NCBI GenBank assembly: GCA_030295235.1
Contig: AP026130.1
Coordinates: forward strand, 992,001-1,056,000
From: Fistulifera solaris
Lineage: Eukaryota
Reading direction: 5' to 3'
DNA length: 64,000 bases
Part shown: in pieces, positions 1-12,970 of the stretch
Position numbering within the stretch: the first letter of the stretch is position 1
Layout: each line of letters begins with the position of its first letter
Notes under the pieces: generated by a model
Told to the model about the DNA's origin: nothing
The model's database searches: none
Seen by the model: only the letters and a program-made list of their open reading frames with translations
Position numbers and translations under genes: made by a program

Positions 1-276
1 TTATCTTGAGTGATGAGAACCGTTGCAGCAATCGCGGCATTCCAAGCGACTGAGGTGCAAGGTGCAAATGCGCTTGTGCATCGCCGTTTTTTCTTCAATC
101 CTCATGCATCACTTGATGCTGTTCTTGTTGTGCAGTAAACACGCTTTGCTTACAGCTACAGATCATCCTTCTGAAATAACATCGCTAACAAGCTTCTCTT
201 GTAAGCGCGCGCCTTTCCACTTTGATACCGGTGTCCCGAAATTCTCCAATTAGTTCGAATTACAGAGGTCACAACA

Positions 277-2391
277 ATGCAGGGAAATACTCCGCAACCT
301 TCGGCGTCTTCGTCCTACTCGTTTGATAACATTGAAAGCATGGAAACATCCCTCCACGAACATCCCATGGGATCTAAATACGATCTTCCTGTTACGTCAT
401 CGGACGTTGTGGATACTGAAGCCGCTGTCGGTCCGGACATTGAAAGTTTCGAGGTAGACGGAGACACCAATCGCATGAACCCTTTCGCTGTACGAGACAG
501 CCGCACGCTGACATGGAGAAATGTGCACCTGACTCTGGTAAGAAAGTGATCTACTTCTCGCTCCGTTTCACCTACAAGTCTCACAACTCATGCTTTCGAA
601 AGGTCGGCACCAAGTATAGAGAAGAAAAGAAAATTCTCGATAATGTTTGTGGTGAAATTCCAGAGCGAAAGACAACAGCCATTATGGGAGCCAGTGGGGC
701 CGGAAAAACAAGTTTATTGAACGTGTTGGCTGGTCGATTGCAATCGAGTCGAGAATTGCGTGTCGAAGGAGAAATTCGCATCAACAATGAGTTGGTCGAG
801 CCCACCGATATCAATGTTCGCCGTCAGATTGCCTTTGTTGCACAAGATGATAGTCTGCAAGTCACAGCCACTCCCCGAGAGGCGATTCGGTTCTCGGCGC
901 GGTTGCGTTTGTCCAGAGACGTGTCCAAGGAAGAAATTGATCAATTGACGGACCGGATGTTACTCGAACTTGGATTGACGGATTGTGCGGATACTATCGT
1001 AGGAGGTGCTTTGATCAAGGGCATTTCCGGTGGAGAGCGCAAACGCACTAGTGTTGGTGTAGAGCTAGTGACAAGGCCGGGGGTTGTTTTCCTGGATGAA
1101 CCGACATCCGGCTTGGATTCGTACTCGTCTCTGCAATGTTGCAATGTGCTTCGCAAAGTGGCACAAGCTGGCGCTAGTGTACTGTTTACAATTCACCAAC
1201 CCTCCTCGGAGATTTTTGAGTCAATCGATCAACTCATCTTGATGAATAAGGGGCGGGTCATGTTTCAGGGAGCAGTAAAGGATATGCCTGCCGCCTTTGG
1301 GAAATTTGGCTATCCTATACCCAACAACTACAATCCAGCCGATTTTGTCATTGTAAGTACAACCTGCTATTAGATTGCTGATACGGTGCAATACAGGTTT
1401 GCTCACAAATTATTCAATAACTCAGGATCTTGCACAAACCGTCTCTATCACCGAACTGGAGAAAGCTGGTTTCTTTCAAAATGATTCATTGGATGGAAAG
1501 AAAGACGACGGCTTATGTCACAACAGTTTGAACACAGAAACTAGTGTTGTCGACGCACCGCCACCCGGAATCGCAACACAGAGCCGTTTGCTTTTTCTGC
1601 GTGAGCTTCACCACATGCATAGGGATTGGACTGTCACTTTCTCCAGAGTTGTGGTTAGCTCGGTCGTCGGATTGTTCCTGGGCATGCTTTTTCTCGATGT
1701 TGGAGATACAGATAGGAGTGATAGAATTCTTCTGCAAAGTTACCTGGGAGGTGTTATGATCATCCTTTGTGCCATGATGATCGTCCAGATGCAAGTTTCT
1801 ATGTTCGTCATCCCCGACGAACGACCCATCTTTCTTCGCGAGTTCAGCACAAATCATTATGCAGTTCTCTCGTACATGGTATCACATCTTTTGGCGGAAG
1901 CTGTGCTAACCGCAGTGCAGGTGTTTATCTTGCTTTCCTTGGTGTATTGGACGATGGGGTTGAGTGGCAGGTTTGTCGTTCACTTCTTGTCTACGTTTGC
2001 CTTCTCGCTTGTGACGGCAGCCCAGGCTGTTCTTGTTGGATGCTTGGCTGGTAACAACGTAAAGTTGGCGATTCAGATGCAGCCTCTCTTAATTGTTCCA
2101 CAGATGCTCTTCTCCGGTTTCTTCTTACCTACAGACATGATGCCTGATTGGCTTGCTTGGCTACAACATCTTTGCACTATGGTATACTCGGCTCGAATCA
2201 TGGTTGTGGAGGAATTTGAACACTGCAGCGATATTCCCGCGGAACAAGCGAATTGCGACGACATGATAAAAGCCACAGCTGCAGATCCCAACGATGTTTG
2301 GTGGTACTGGCTAGTGCTCGCCATGATGTATGTTGTGTATCGAACATTAGCTGTAGTCGTTCTCCGGAAGTCAGCCTTAAGATTCTACTAA
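277..2391 (+). CDS. ABCG (White-family) half-transporter, copy 1; introns 538-602 and 1353-1425
   Basis: Walker A GASGAGKTS, signature ISGGERKR, Walker B VVFLDEPTSGLD, C-terminal ABC2-type TM domain. GT..AG introns join the three ORFs in frame. Confidence 0.93.
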
Positions 2392-2992
2392 GATGTTAAT
2401 TTGATTAGAAACGACTGGTTTCGAGTACATTTCGACGGACGCGGCTGTTTTCTTTGTAGAGCTTACGCACTTCCTAGGTAACCTCTAGGTTACATATTTA
2501 TGCGCAATAGTTTGTTTCGTCCTTAGTTGGTGCAAGGGAAATCACCCCGTCACGCACGGTCATTAAAAAGGACATGCATACGTGGAATTTATCATTCGTC
2601 TACTCTAATTTCATATGGCTAATGACCATTATCCTCGAGCACTCGTATAAAAAGTACATAATTTATGGTTTTTTCCTAAGCAAAACTGCAGATGCGTCAT
2701 TCTTGCTCCTGACGTCTGTCGGATTTCAGAAACCGTTTCAGCCAGTCACACATCAAGTCACGACGATGCGCAAAATGCCCCTCATAAGTTTTCGCCCACA
2801 AAACTCAAATCATCGAGTCTCGGTTTCGCTTCCATCGGCGCCGAGCACAAATTGTACGAGAAGGGTGTCTCGTGCCCCAAGCATCTTCCATTCTACTCTT
2901 CTGAAGCATGGCGAACTAGAAAGCGTGTGAAACTTGGATTTGAAATAGAACGTTAAAAAGGAGAAGGCGACTGCATCAAGACCCAAGCTACA

Positions 2993-5063
2993 ATGAGATT
3001 ACGTAATTTCGAGGAATTCGACGAAAACAGATTGCCAAGCAAGCCGCACTATCATAATGATGAAAATCCGTCGCATTCTTCCAGTGGAGTCGAGATGGCG
3101 ATTGACTTTGAGGATCGAGCTACAAAACATGCCGACGGGTCCCAACTCATTGATGTCTATCCTAATGACGAGGAAATCCAAATAAAAGGCGCTATTACAG
3201 ACCCGTTTGCAATCAGAGAGGGCAGTACCCTTTCGTGGGAAAATATGAGTATGACTGTGGTAAGTGCTGTCGCTCCTACGCAACTCGATTTGTTCGCCCT
3301 TTTCCCACCACCAGTCGCAGAATGCATCGGGAAGGAAAGTTCTCGATGATTGCTCGGGCACAGTTCCGAAGCGCCACATGACTGCTTTAATGGGAATGTC
3401 AGGGACCGGCAAATCTTCCATCTTGAACATATTGTCTGGCCGGCAACGATCGACACGGGATGTTGCAATTCAAGCAGACGTCTTTCTTGATGACTACAAA
3501 TTAGATCCGACCAACATGATGGTTCGCCGTTCTATTGCGTTTGTGGCACAAGACGACTCACTGTTGGCAACGTCAACACCACGAGAGGCAATCAGATTTT
3601 CCGCCAAAATGCGACTTCCTCGGACGACTTCAAGTGAGGAACTACATCTATTAACGGATAGCATGCTGGAAGAGCTGGGTTTGATTAGTTGTGCAGATTC
3701 GTTAGTGGGCGGTCCTCTTATCAAGGGCATTTCTGGAGGAGAGAGAAAGCGTACTAGTGTTGGTATTGAGCTGGTGACGATGCCTTCAATCGTTTGTCTT
3801 GACGAACCAACCTCTGGTTTAGACGCGTTTTCTGCACTTCAATGTTGCGAAGTTTTGAGAAAAGTTGCCAATGCTGGAGCTAGTGTTTTATTCACCATTC
3901 ATCAGCCATCGTCCGAAATATTTGAAAGCTTGGATCATCTTATTTTAATGAATGGTGGGCGTGTAATGTACCAGGGTTCGGTGAAAGATGTTTCAGCTTT
4001 CTTTAGCGCCCGAGGTCACCCGGTTCCGAAAAACTATAACCCAGCGGATTGGCTTATCGTAAGTGGCCTGCTTGCATTCAACTCGCAATTTAATGTGTAT
4101 TGTCTCACGTTCGATTTGTAGGATGTTGCACAATGTGTGTCCATGGAGGACCTGATCGAAGCTGGGTACTTCAATTCTGAACAAAGGGTTAGAAGCTATA
4201 GAAAATCCGTTTGTTGTCTAAAAGATAACGATTCAATAAGTGCTGGTGAAGAAGTGGTAAATCTCTTTCGAAGAGAGCTGGTGAACCTGAAACGTGATTG
4301 GACGGCGCCGTTTAACAGAGTGTTTGTGATGGGAACCTTGTCACTTTTCATCGGGATGATCTTCTTCGACGTTGGAAATGCCGACAAGCTCGATCCTTTC
4401 ACCCTTCAAAGTCAGTTCGGTGCCATGATGATCGTGTTAATCACATGTATGATGAGTGCCGTGCAGTTGACAATGTTTGTTTACCCTGAACAACGACCGA
4501 TATTCCTTCGCGAATATAGCACAAATCACTATTCTGCCTTTTCCTACCTCATGGCTCATCTAACCGCTGAAGCAATTTTAGTTGCCGTGAAAGTCTTCAT
4601 GGTTGTCACGCCTATCTACTTCATGGTTAGTTTGTCGGGAAGTTACCTCATCTACATTCTGCTCACGTTTACACTATCCATGGCCATTACCGCGCAAGCG
4701 ACTTGCGCGGCGTGTCTCGGTGGCGATAACGTGAAGCTGGTGACTCAATTAACGCCTCTGATCTTTCAACCGCAGTTACTCTTCGCCGGCTTCTTCCTAA
4801 GCCCAGAGCTGATGCCGATCTGGATTCGCCCTATCCAGTTAGTGTGTACTATGACATATGCAACTCGAATATTGGTTGTGGAGGAGTTCCATGATTGCAG
4901 CAGCGATGCCAGAGAGAACGAAGCTTGTTCGAAAATGCTGGAGAGCACTAGGTCCGACCCGGATGACGTCTGGTGGAATTGGCTTGTTTTAGCTGGTATT
5001 TTTGTTTTCTTCAGGCTATTGGCCGTCTTCTTGCTGCAGCGATCAGCTAACAAATTTTACTAA
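2993..5063 (+). CDS. ABCG half-transporter, copy 2 (tandem paralog); introns 3260-3320 and 4059-4121
   Basis: GMSGTGKSS, ISGGERKR, VCLDEPTSGLD, TM domain. Same two intron positions as copy 1. Confidence 0.93.
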
Positions 5064-5094
5064 GCTGTTATTCCTGAAAGATGAATTCATTTCA

Positions 5095-5717
5095 TTAGTA
5101 CTTGTGCCGTTTGCGCTCTGTTTCTGATGGTCCTCCTGATTGCCGTTCCATTGTAGCTACGACACCAACTTTCGTACCTTCATCCTGGCTGGTTGAAAAG
5201 ATACTCTTGTCCTTAATTTTCCTTTTCTTTTGGAATGATTGCCAGGACTTCTGTTTCTTCTCCGACTCGATCTCCTTCATCTCCTGACGGTGTTTGCTTT
5301 ATCGCCCGACGTTTACGATTTTTCTCAGCTTCAGTGTCATTATCGCGAGGAATCAAGTGATCGGGTATTTGAAACTCCTTGACTTTTTTTTGATGTCTTT
5401 ATGAGTTCCGCTGGCTCACCTTCGGCTCGAGGGAAAGCATGGGTGTCCTGTTCGCCGAAATGTGTGCTAGATAGATCTGTTTGCCCAACTGAGGTCTCAA
5501 CTGCGGCTTCTAAAGCCTTTTCAAGAATATCCGGCTCAAACTTCGATGTTGATCTCTTTTCGGTCTCTAATGATTGTTTAGTAATAGAGAGAAGTTCCTC
5601 GAGGTCTGATTTCAGGGAAAGTAGAGCCTCGTCGGTCGGAGATGCCGCCAACAGCTGCTCTACATCGGCCAGCTGGTTCTCATATTCTCGAATTTGTTCA
5701 GCGATCGCTTCAGCCAT
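5095..5717 (-). CDS. SMNDC1: SPF30/SMNDC1-like splicing factor (frameshifted in assembly)
   Basis: N-terminal EYENQLADVEQLL..DEALLSLKSDLEELL helix pair, IPDHLIPRDNDTEAEKNRKRR, and C-terminal KQKSWQSF..KSIFST..KVGV resemble SPF30. Frame breaks near 5385 (poly-T) and ~5290. Confidence 0.7.
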
Positions 5718-7121
5718 GCCTGGTACTTCAGGTTGTAATGCTCGGTGCGCTTTTGATGAATAAGTTCTTTGCTTATTATAGATTGTTTAGTTCTTGTTTT
5801 TCGCAAGCAATGCATTGAAATGATAAAATGCACCGCGATCACCGATCAATCGATCACAGACGACGGTCAGACCAAAATCTGACAAACTACAAACTCCGGT
5901 CAACGTCAACGGTAAAGTTGGCCCTGACAATGCGTGTAGACCGCGTCTAAAACCGCATTTACTTTTTAAAAGCTATAGTAATGCGCGTTGCATAAAAATC
6001 TCGACGAGCATTTATCGCCAAGAATGCGCGCATCTCCGAAAAGCTCATTTATTTCGTTGCCTTTCAAAACAGTTCTTGATCATCACAATGATACCAAACT
6101 ACTTGATAGTTTCAAAAAAATACTTGTATCGATAGTCCTCATTATAAGCGGGATATGGAAGCTTCCGGGCCGATGGTTTGGTGACGCCAAATCATCAAAT
6201 TTTGAATTGCATTCATGTTACCTTGCGGATGCACGGCGATCACGTCCGAAACCCATTTTCATGCCAGCAATTCTTGGCTACCGACGGAAAAGAACGGTTC
6301 TTAGCTTGGAGATGGCAAGGCTATGTTATATTGAGTCAAAAGCTTCGTCGAGTGACCGTCAGAATATTCAACAATAAGCAACACACCCTTGATTGACGAC
6401 CGGCGAGACTTTCTTTTCGTGCAAAGTTCGGCGTGCTATGGAGTATTTTCTGGGAGTTAAACCGCTTTTTTCTCATAAAGGACAATCTACAACCCATATT
6501 GTATCAAAGGATTGAGTAAAGCACGCGAAGTGGGAGGGTAAATGACAGCAAACACACCAAGAACAATCCACAATTCGTGATCATCACACAACTGCGCGAG
6601 ACGACGGCGTTATTGGTCCTTACGGGAGCTACTTTGGCTTTCTTTGGTCTCTCTGAGTACATTGGGGTATTTGGGAGTGCGTCTGGTGCATTCTTAGCCA
6701 TCAGGGGGAGTTAAGATAAGCTAATTCGACACCATAATAATGCCGTAATCAACACTTTCAATGGGAAAAATGCAAAACCGTAGAGACATTTACCCTTATT
6801 TACTATCGTATTTATAGTAGAAGCCCAAATTTTACGTGTATAAGCGGCCAACTCTACCGTTGACCGGAGTTTGTATGTGTTAAGTCTGCATTTCCTGTTT
6901 CATAATATGTTCTATTTTAACCTGATGTTCAAATGTAGCTACTCACGCTGGTTACCCTCAAGCATCATTTCCTAAAATCCCTGCAGCGCGCACCACACAA
7001 GGCTATGGCCCTCTCTGGAGACCCCAGACCAAAGCTAGAAACCAGATGATGCGTGCGGGGATCTATGTCGATACAAAACTGTTTCCTTGCCTGACTTCTG
7101 TAAAAGCAAATTACAGCAAAC

Positions 7122-10100
7122 TTACAGAGCTAATACGGAGCTCGACTTTGCTCCCCTGTTAGTCCGCACAGCTCCTTTATCAGCCTTGCCATAAAAATAT
7201 CCTCTTCCGAAGAGCCAGTTCTTCGTTTTCGCAACCAAGCCCGTTCCTACTTTCGTGGCCACAAGCGAAGTTCCGTAATCGTCAGTGAATATCTTTGGAA
7301 AAAACAATTTACGCGCCGTGTCAAGCCAAAGGACTGTTGAGCTGAGCATTGCAATAGAGATGATATCCTTGCCGCTAAGTGCTTCCGTTTGAAATACCTG
7401 CTGAAATGGAGGCGCAAAGACAATTAAAAACTGCCCCACCATGCTCAAACCAACTGCCCAAATGAAAGCCATGTTCTTCAGTTTTGCAAGAAGTGCAACT
7501 TTAGGTGCCACATAACGTTAAACCTCCTCAAAACACGATAAATACTTACTCCAAAAATTGGAAGTTCGTAAAAGCACTTGTTGGCCGATCGACACACATA
7601 CGCATTAAAAAGATCGCAATTAACGAACGTCATGAATGTCATTGTCGTGTCTCGCTTCGAAACGTTACCGTCTTCCAATTCATGTGAGAAAACTGGCAAA
7701 GAAAAATCATTGTCAATGAGACGTGTGGGCCTGATGATCGCTTCCTGTTTGGCATCGTTTGTGAACACCTTACCTTTCAGCGTCAGAAACAGAATAAGGA
7801 CTGAACTTGATATAGCACGCAATAGTAATGCTCTCGTCACAATAGGATCATTAGAGCGTCTTGGTTTCGCCTCTAAAATGGCGTCAGAGACGGGTTCAAC
7901 TCCAAGGCTTTGGGCAGGAGGACCATCCATAACAACATTGATCCACAAAATTTGCATTGCATTCAAGGGCGGTGGCAAACCCAGCGCAGTAGCTATACCA
8001 GCGAGAGATAGTGCCGCGAAGGATGTGCTTAACTGGAAAGCAAGGAAGCAGCGTATATTGAAAAATATCCCTTTTCCCTCTCTGATAGCAGTCGTTATGG
8101 TGCTGAAATTGTCATCGGCAAGTACTACGTCGGCAGCTTCTTTAGCGACATCAGTGCCTTTTCCCATAGCTATTCCTACATCCGAGGCTTTTAACGAGAG
8201 AGCGTCGTTTACTCCGTCGCCGGTCATAGCTACGATTTCGCCACTCGTTTGCACTTTTCAAACAAGGTAAGAAATGGTCGAATTCAAGGGTTCACACAAT
8301 TTGCATCTCTACGTACATGCTCGAACAATGGCGAGTTTGTGCCGTGGAACAACACGGTAGAACACTCGCACATTCAAAATACTAAACGGCAGATTCTCTG
8401 GCGGTATCGCATCGAGTTCAGCCCCACTCAGCGACTCGGTGACGCCATTCTCGACATCGTTTGACGACAAAAGTAGATCACTCAGACCATCTACTACGTA
8501 CTCAGGGTCGACGTCTCCGATGATCCCACACCGTTTGGCGATTGCGATTGCTGTTTCCTTCGAGTCGCCGGTCACCATCATCACTTTTACGCCTCCCGCC
8601 CGTAACTTCCGAATAGACTCGGAGACTCCCTCGCGTGGAGGGTCCTCCATTCCCATCAGTCCAGCAAAAGTCAAGTGTCCCAGTGTTCGGCCGAATGCGA
8701 AAGCAAGAACCCGAAGTCCACTTGCGGCCATGCGTCGAGACTGAGAAAGCACAAGTGCTCTGTCGTCTTCGGCAAGATTGTCCGATGCGCCATTTGGGAG
8801 AACAAAGGAAACACACTCGCCCAAAACCTTCTCAGGCATCCCCTTGACAAAATAAAGACTTCCATCAGCAGACAACCGACTCCCTCGTTTTGGAGGTGTT
8901 TGCACGGAACACGCGTCTGTAAATGTTTCGCAAACATGAATTCCGTTCACCGGCCGAGCCCTAACTTCCATACATTTCCTATCACTTGTAAACGGCACTT
9001 CCTGAAGTCGATGATATTGAGGCCTAGGATCAGGAACACCAGCCTTAGCCGCCGCTACTAATAACGCCAGTTCGGTAGGTTGACCAGAAAGCGTACCGCC
9101 CGTGTGACCTTCAGCCTCAGCGTCAATGCACTCGACAAGTGTTGCGTTATTACACAGACAAGCAGTGTTTAAAAGAGCGCTCAGCGCCTTGAATTCGGCA
9201 AAGTCAATTTGCTGTGCTTTGTATGAAGCCGCGCGCTGCTCGCCGAGAGTACTTGAGCATGTCAACTTCCCAGAATCAACCCCATAGCCGACACCTGTGT
9301 AAGTGAAGTTGGTCTGAGGCCATGCAAGAGTGAACATACTTCGAACCGTCATCTCGTTTTGCGTGAGAGTCCCTGTTTTATCTGACGCTACGGATGTAAT
9401 ACAACCTAATGACTCCACAACGGGAAGCTTTTTCACAATCGCTTTGCATCGCGCCATTCTCAAAACACCCAAAGCCAACGTAACGGTGACGCAAATCGGA
9501 AGACCTTCTGGTATAGCAGCAACCGCAAGACTAACAGCCACCGTGAGCGTTTCCAACAGTGGTCGACCCTTCAGCCATCCCCACAGACCAATCACAATAA
9601 TAGCAAGTGAACTGAAAAATGCAAGTCTTTGTCCAAGCTCATCGATTTTTATTTGAAGAGGTGACTTTCGGCTAGCTACTTGACCCAGCTCCATTGAAAT
9701 CTTGCCGAACTCAGTGGAACAGCCGACAGCAAGAACGATCGCTCTGGCGCGACCAGATATCACCATGGTCCCAGCAAAGGCGACGTTCTCCTGTTGTGTC
9801 AACAGTGGATTTGGCGGTAATCGAAGTCCTTCACCGGTTTTGGCGACAGGGTGGTTTTCACCAGTTAGCGACGACTCGTCCACCATGAGCTCCACCGAGT
9901 CTACTATTCTACAATCGGCTGGTACACGACTAATGCGCGTTGAGACTAAGACAGAACATTTGAACGCAATCGCCGAACGAACTACTTACTCTCCAGTGGA
10001 TAAAATGACAAGGTCTCCAACCACAAGGTCAACGGCCAAAAAGTCGTCCATTACTTTTCCATCCCTCACCACGGTACATTCATGAGGAACCAAATGAGCC

Positions 10101-10570
10101 AATTTCTCTAGAGCTACGTCGGATCGATACTCTTGAATTGCAGCCACCAAGCTCACAATCATCAACGCAATAGAAATGCTGACAGCATCTGCCACATTTC
10201 CGAGAATCACAGAGATACCAGCCGAACCCAGAAGCATCAGTATAAGCGGCTCTTTAAATTGCGACATTACTCCCTCCACTATGGGCTGTATTTTCGAGAA
10301 CAAGCGCCCGCGCAAACCTCGCGTCGTTTCATTGTCTCCCTCGCTATCACCTTTCATTCGATTCGCACCGAACCGACGGCGCAACAAAGAAATTTGTCGC
10401 GACGGCCATCCATGACTGAGCAGTTGCGAAGTATTACTCGTTTCCTTGCTAAAGGCAAGTGCTGCTATGTGTCGTGCGACGTCTTCGGGCTGCCAGGAGC
10501 ATTCTTCGGACCGTGTGTAGGGATATTCTTCTTCCGTTGCGAGTGTCCTTTTGCTGTTTGTTGTTATCAT
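7122..10570 (-). CDS. PMR1: P2A-type Ca2+/Mn2+ ATPase, SPCA/PMR1-like; introns near 9931-9989, 8254-8316, ~7693-7773, ~7476-7549
   Basis: [14 protein letters not shown], phosphorylation motif [25 protein letters not shown], and [18 protein letters not shown] typical of SPCA/PMR1. Confidence 0.92.
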
Positions 10571-10830
10571 TGCCGACGCACCAAAAAGTATTACAATAAC
10601 GGACTTTATTTAGAATAAAGAGAGTGATGGCTTGAAAAATGCTTTAATTATTAACGTTTCCCTTTCTATGACTTCCTCTTGCGATTCGTTTCTGGCAAAA
10701 AGTGCGAGGCGGTTTATGATGAGAGTGTGAGAAATGTACAAGTAACTCGGGACTTAAATAGCAATGACACGGTCACGCACAATTCGACCCTCCTAAGAAA
10801 AGAAAAGTCGAAATTCTAGAAGTACAACAC

Positions 10831-12507
10831 CTAAGTTATTCCAAACGCTTGAAGGCTAAAACGTTCACTTATCTGTTTCCTTTTTCTTTTCGCTTTGAAT
10901 CTTTCAGCACCTTCCAAAGCTTCTGCGGCTTGCTGAAGAGCATTGCGGACTTCCTCATCGAGTGAGGACAAATCTCGACGTGTTGAGGAATCCTTCTTGT
11001 CGACCTTGTCAACTATAGCCTGTTTCGGCGGAGAAGGGGGTGCTTTCAATGAAGACTTCTTGACATCTTCCGATGCATTGGACTGATTTGAAGGTGGCGT
11101 AGGAGGGGGTAATGGCTTGTTCTTGGCGACAGGTGACGATGGTGGAGTTGGTTTCTGCAGAGCCGGAGTGGCCATTTTTACTTGTACCGACTGCTCTGCT
11201 TTGACTGTCATTCCTTTCTCGGCCGCGTTGGAACTCGTTTGCTGCTTATTCGAGTCCAATTTCTCGACCACGGCATTGTATGCAGCAGTTCCGACTGTTT
11301 TCCCAAGCCACCACGTTGCTTTCCCTGTCGTTTTCAACACGAATCCCGCTACTTTGAAAACAACATCGCTCGCTTTTGGGGGGAGTCGGAGGAGGTTTTG
11401 ACGGTGGTTTCGGTTTTGGCTTTTCCAGTCCCACCAACACTTTCACACTGGTGGCACCATCGTTCACTGTTTCAATGACTTTCGTGATCGTTTGCTTAGT
11501 TTCGTCGGCTTTTCGTTGTACAGTATTTGGTAAATCTCGGACGTCCGCCACGAACTGCTTTGTAGTCGACACGGTGCTTTCCACCTTGTTTTGGATGTCC
11601 TCTACAGTCTCCTTCGCTTTGACAGGTATAGCCTGCACTGTTTCAACTGCATCTTCTACCGTCTCCGGAATGGTTGCTGCAAAGCGGGCCGTCGATTCCG
11701 CGGCTTTTGAATTTCCCCAGGCACCGATCGCACAAAATCAACGAACGATTTGATACTATCGACTACCGAATAAACAAAATCCTTCACTTCCTCCACCTTC
11801 TTTTGAGTTTCTAGTCTCTGCAAGCGGATTCTTTCTTTGCCTTCCAATTGAACTAGTTCGACTTGGGCTACCAGCCGACTGAATATATTTCCCGACCGCA
11901 AGCGAGGCTCTAACTCAGCCAATACTTGGGGACTCAGCAAGCTACTCTTACTGCTCACTTCGGCTACCGATAGAACTGGTAAAGAGTTGACTCGCTTTGA
12001 TGGAACTTCGGCTGATGCCTCGGGCTTGTTTGTGATAGCCTTTCCGGCGAAATCCAGTGTTCCATAAAACACGCCTTTTATCTGATCGAACGGAGAATCC
12101 TTAATCGACTGAGTTTTATCTCCAGTGGCGAACAAAGAGACTGTAGAAGAAGGTTCAGCTTTTCCCAGAAGCGCTGCTTTCCGTTCGGAATAACCATCGA
12201 TGACTTTACTCTCTGCAGCAGCCTTTCCTTTGCCCAAGTTTTGAAGTGTATCGACACCGCTATAAATGGTTTTTTTAAACTGATCAAATTCGCTTATACT
12301 CTTTTCTTTCCTTATAGTTTGTTGCAGTGCTCGTTGAGCCGGAGTCAAGTTCCGTTTATCGTTGTTTTCGATTGCAAAGAGTTTCCCTTTAAATTTGCCG
12401 GACAGACTCTGCTGATTGTGTTTACAGTTTTGAAAAGCCTTCGAAATTACCACCGTTACAGCAAAGACGAATAAGCGAAACAATTTGAACCAGGGTCGAT
12501 CCAACAT
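10831..12507 (-). CDS. Predicted plastid-targeted protein with amphipathic repeats and Pro-rich segments (two frameshifts)
   Basis: Signal peptide ending ISKA-F. Three overlapping ORFs (11656-12516, 11246-11638, 10831-11340) have continuous coding-like composition. Confidence 0.6.
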
Positions 12508-12970
12508 GATCTTCAATAAATTTACGCGGCGGGACTTTTTCCGCTACCAGGTACAGACAAGAGGGATCGTAACGTCCAAGTTTCAAATCACTCGATTCAG
12601 AGAATCCTGTTGTTGTATTCTACTCCGTATTCGCATTTCGGAATGCTTTCGTCTTTTTCTGCGGGGAGCCGCTTTTCCCAGAATGTGCACGAAGATTTTG
12701 CCGGATCTTTCCTTCAAGAAAGGACGAGTTCTAGCAGTGCTTGTGCGACATTTACCATGACTAACTGAAATCCAGTCATGGCAAATGTCGTCTACACTCT
12801 GGTATTATAGTAAAACTTAGACTCAAGTAACGACCGTAGTTCATAGATGATAACATGACATTTTGTTTAAATGGCGTGTAACTATCGCTATTGATCAGTT
12901 TATCGACTAACATTCAGCTAATATCATGGAAAACCAGTGACAAGAATTGTGTCCCGTGTAAAATGTAATT

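Noticed and set aside
5988..6716. Short ORFs between the SPF30-like gene and the ATPase, including a hydrophobic stretch at ~6590-6710
   Set aside because: No recognisable motif and no consistent spliced model; a small gene cannot be excluded.
6975..7062. GC-rich possible stem-loop downstream of the ATPase, considered as an ncRNA
   Set aside because: Pairing is imperfect and I found no tRNA, snRNA or snoRNA box signatures; it needs an Rfam search.
7578..8270. Long antisense ORFs over coding genes (e.g. 230 aa opposite the ATPase)
   Set aside because: Shadow ORFs of real genes on the other strand.
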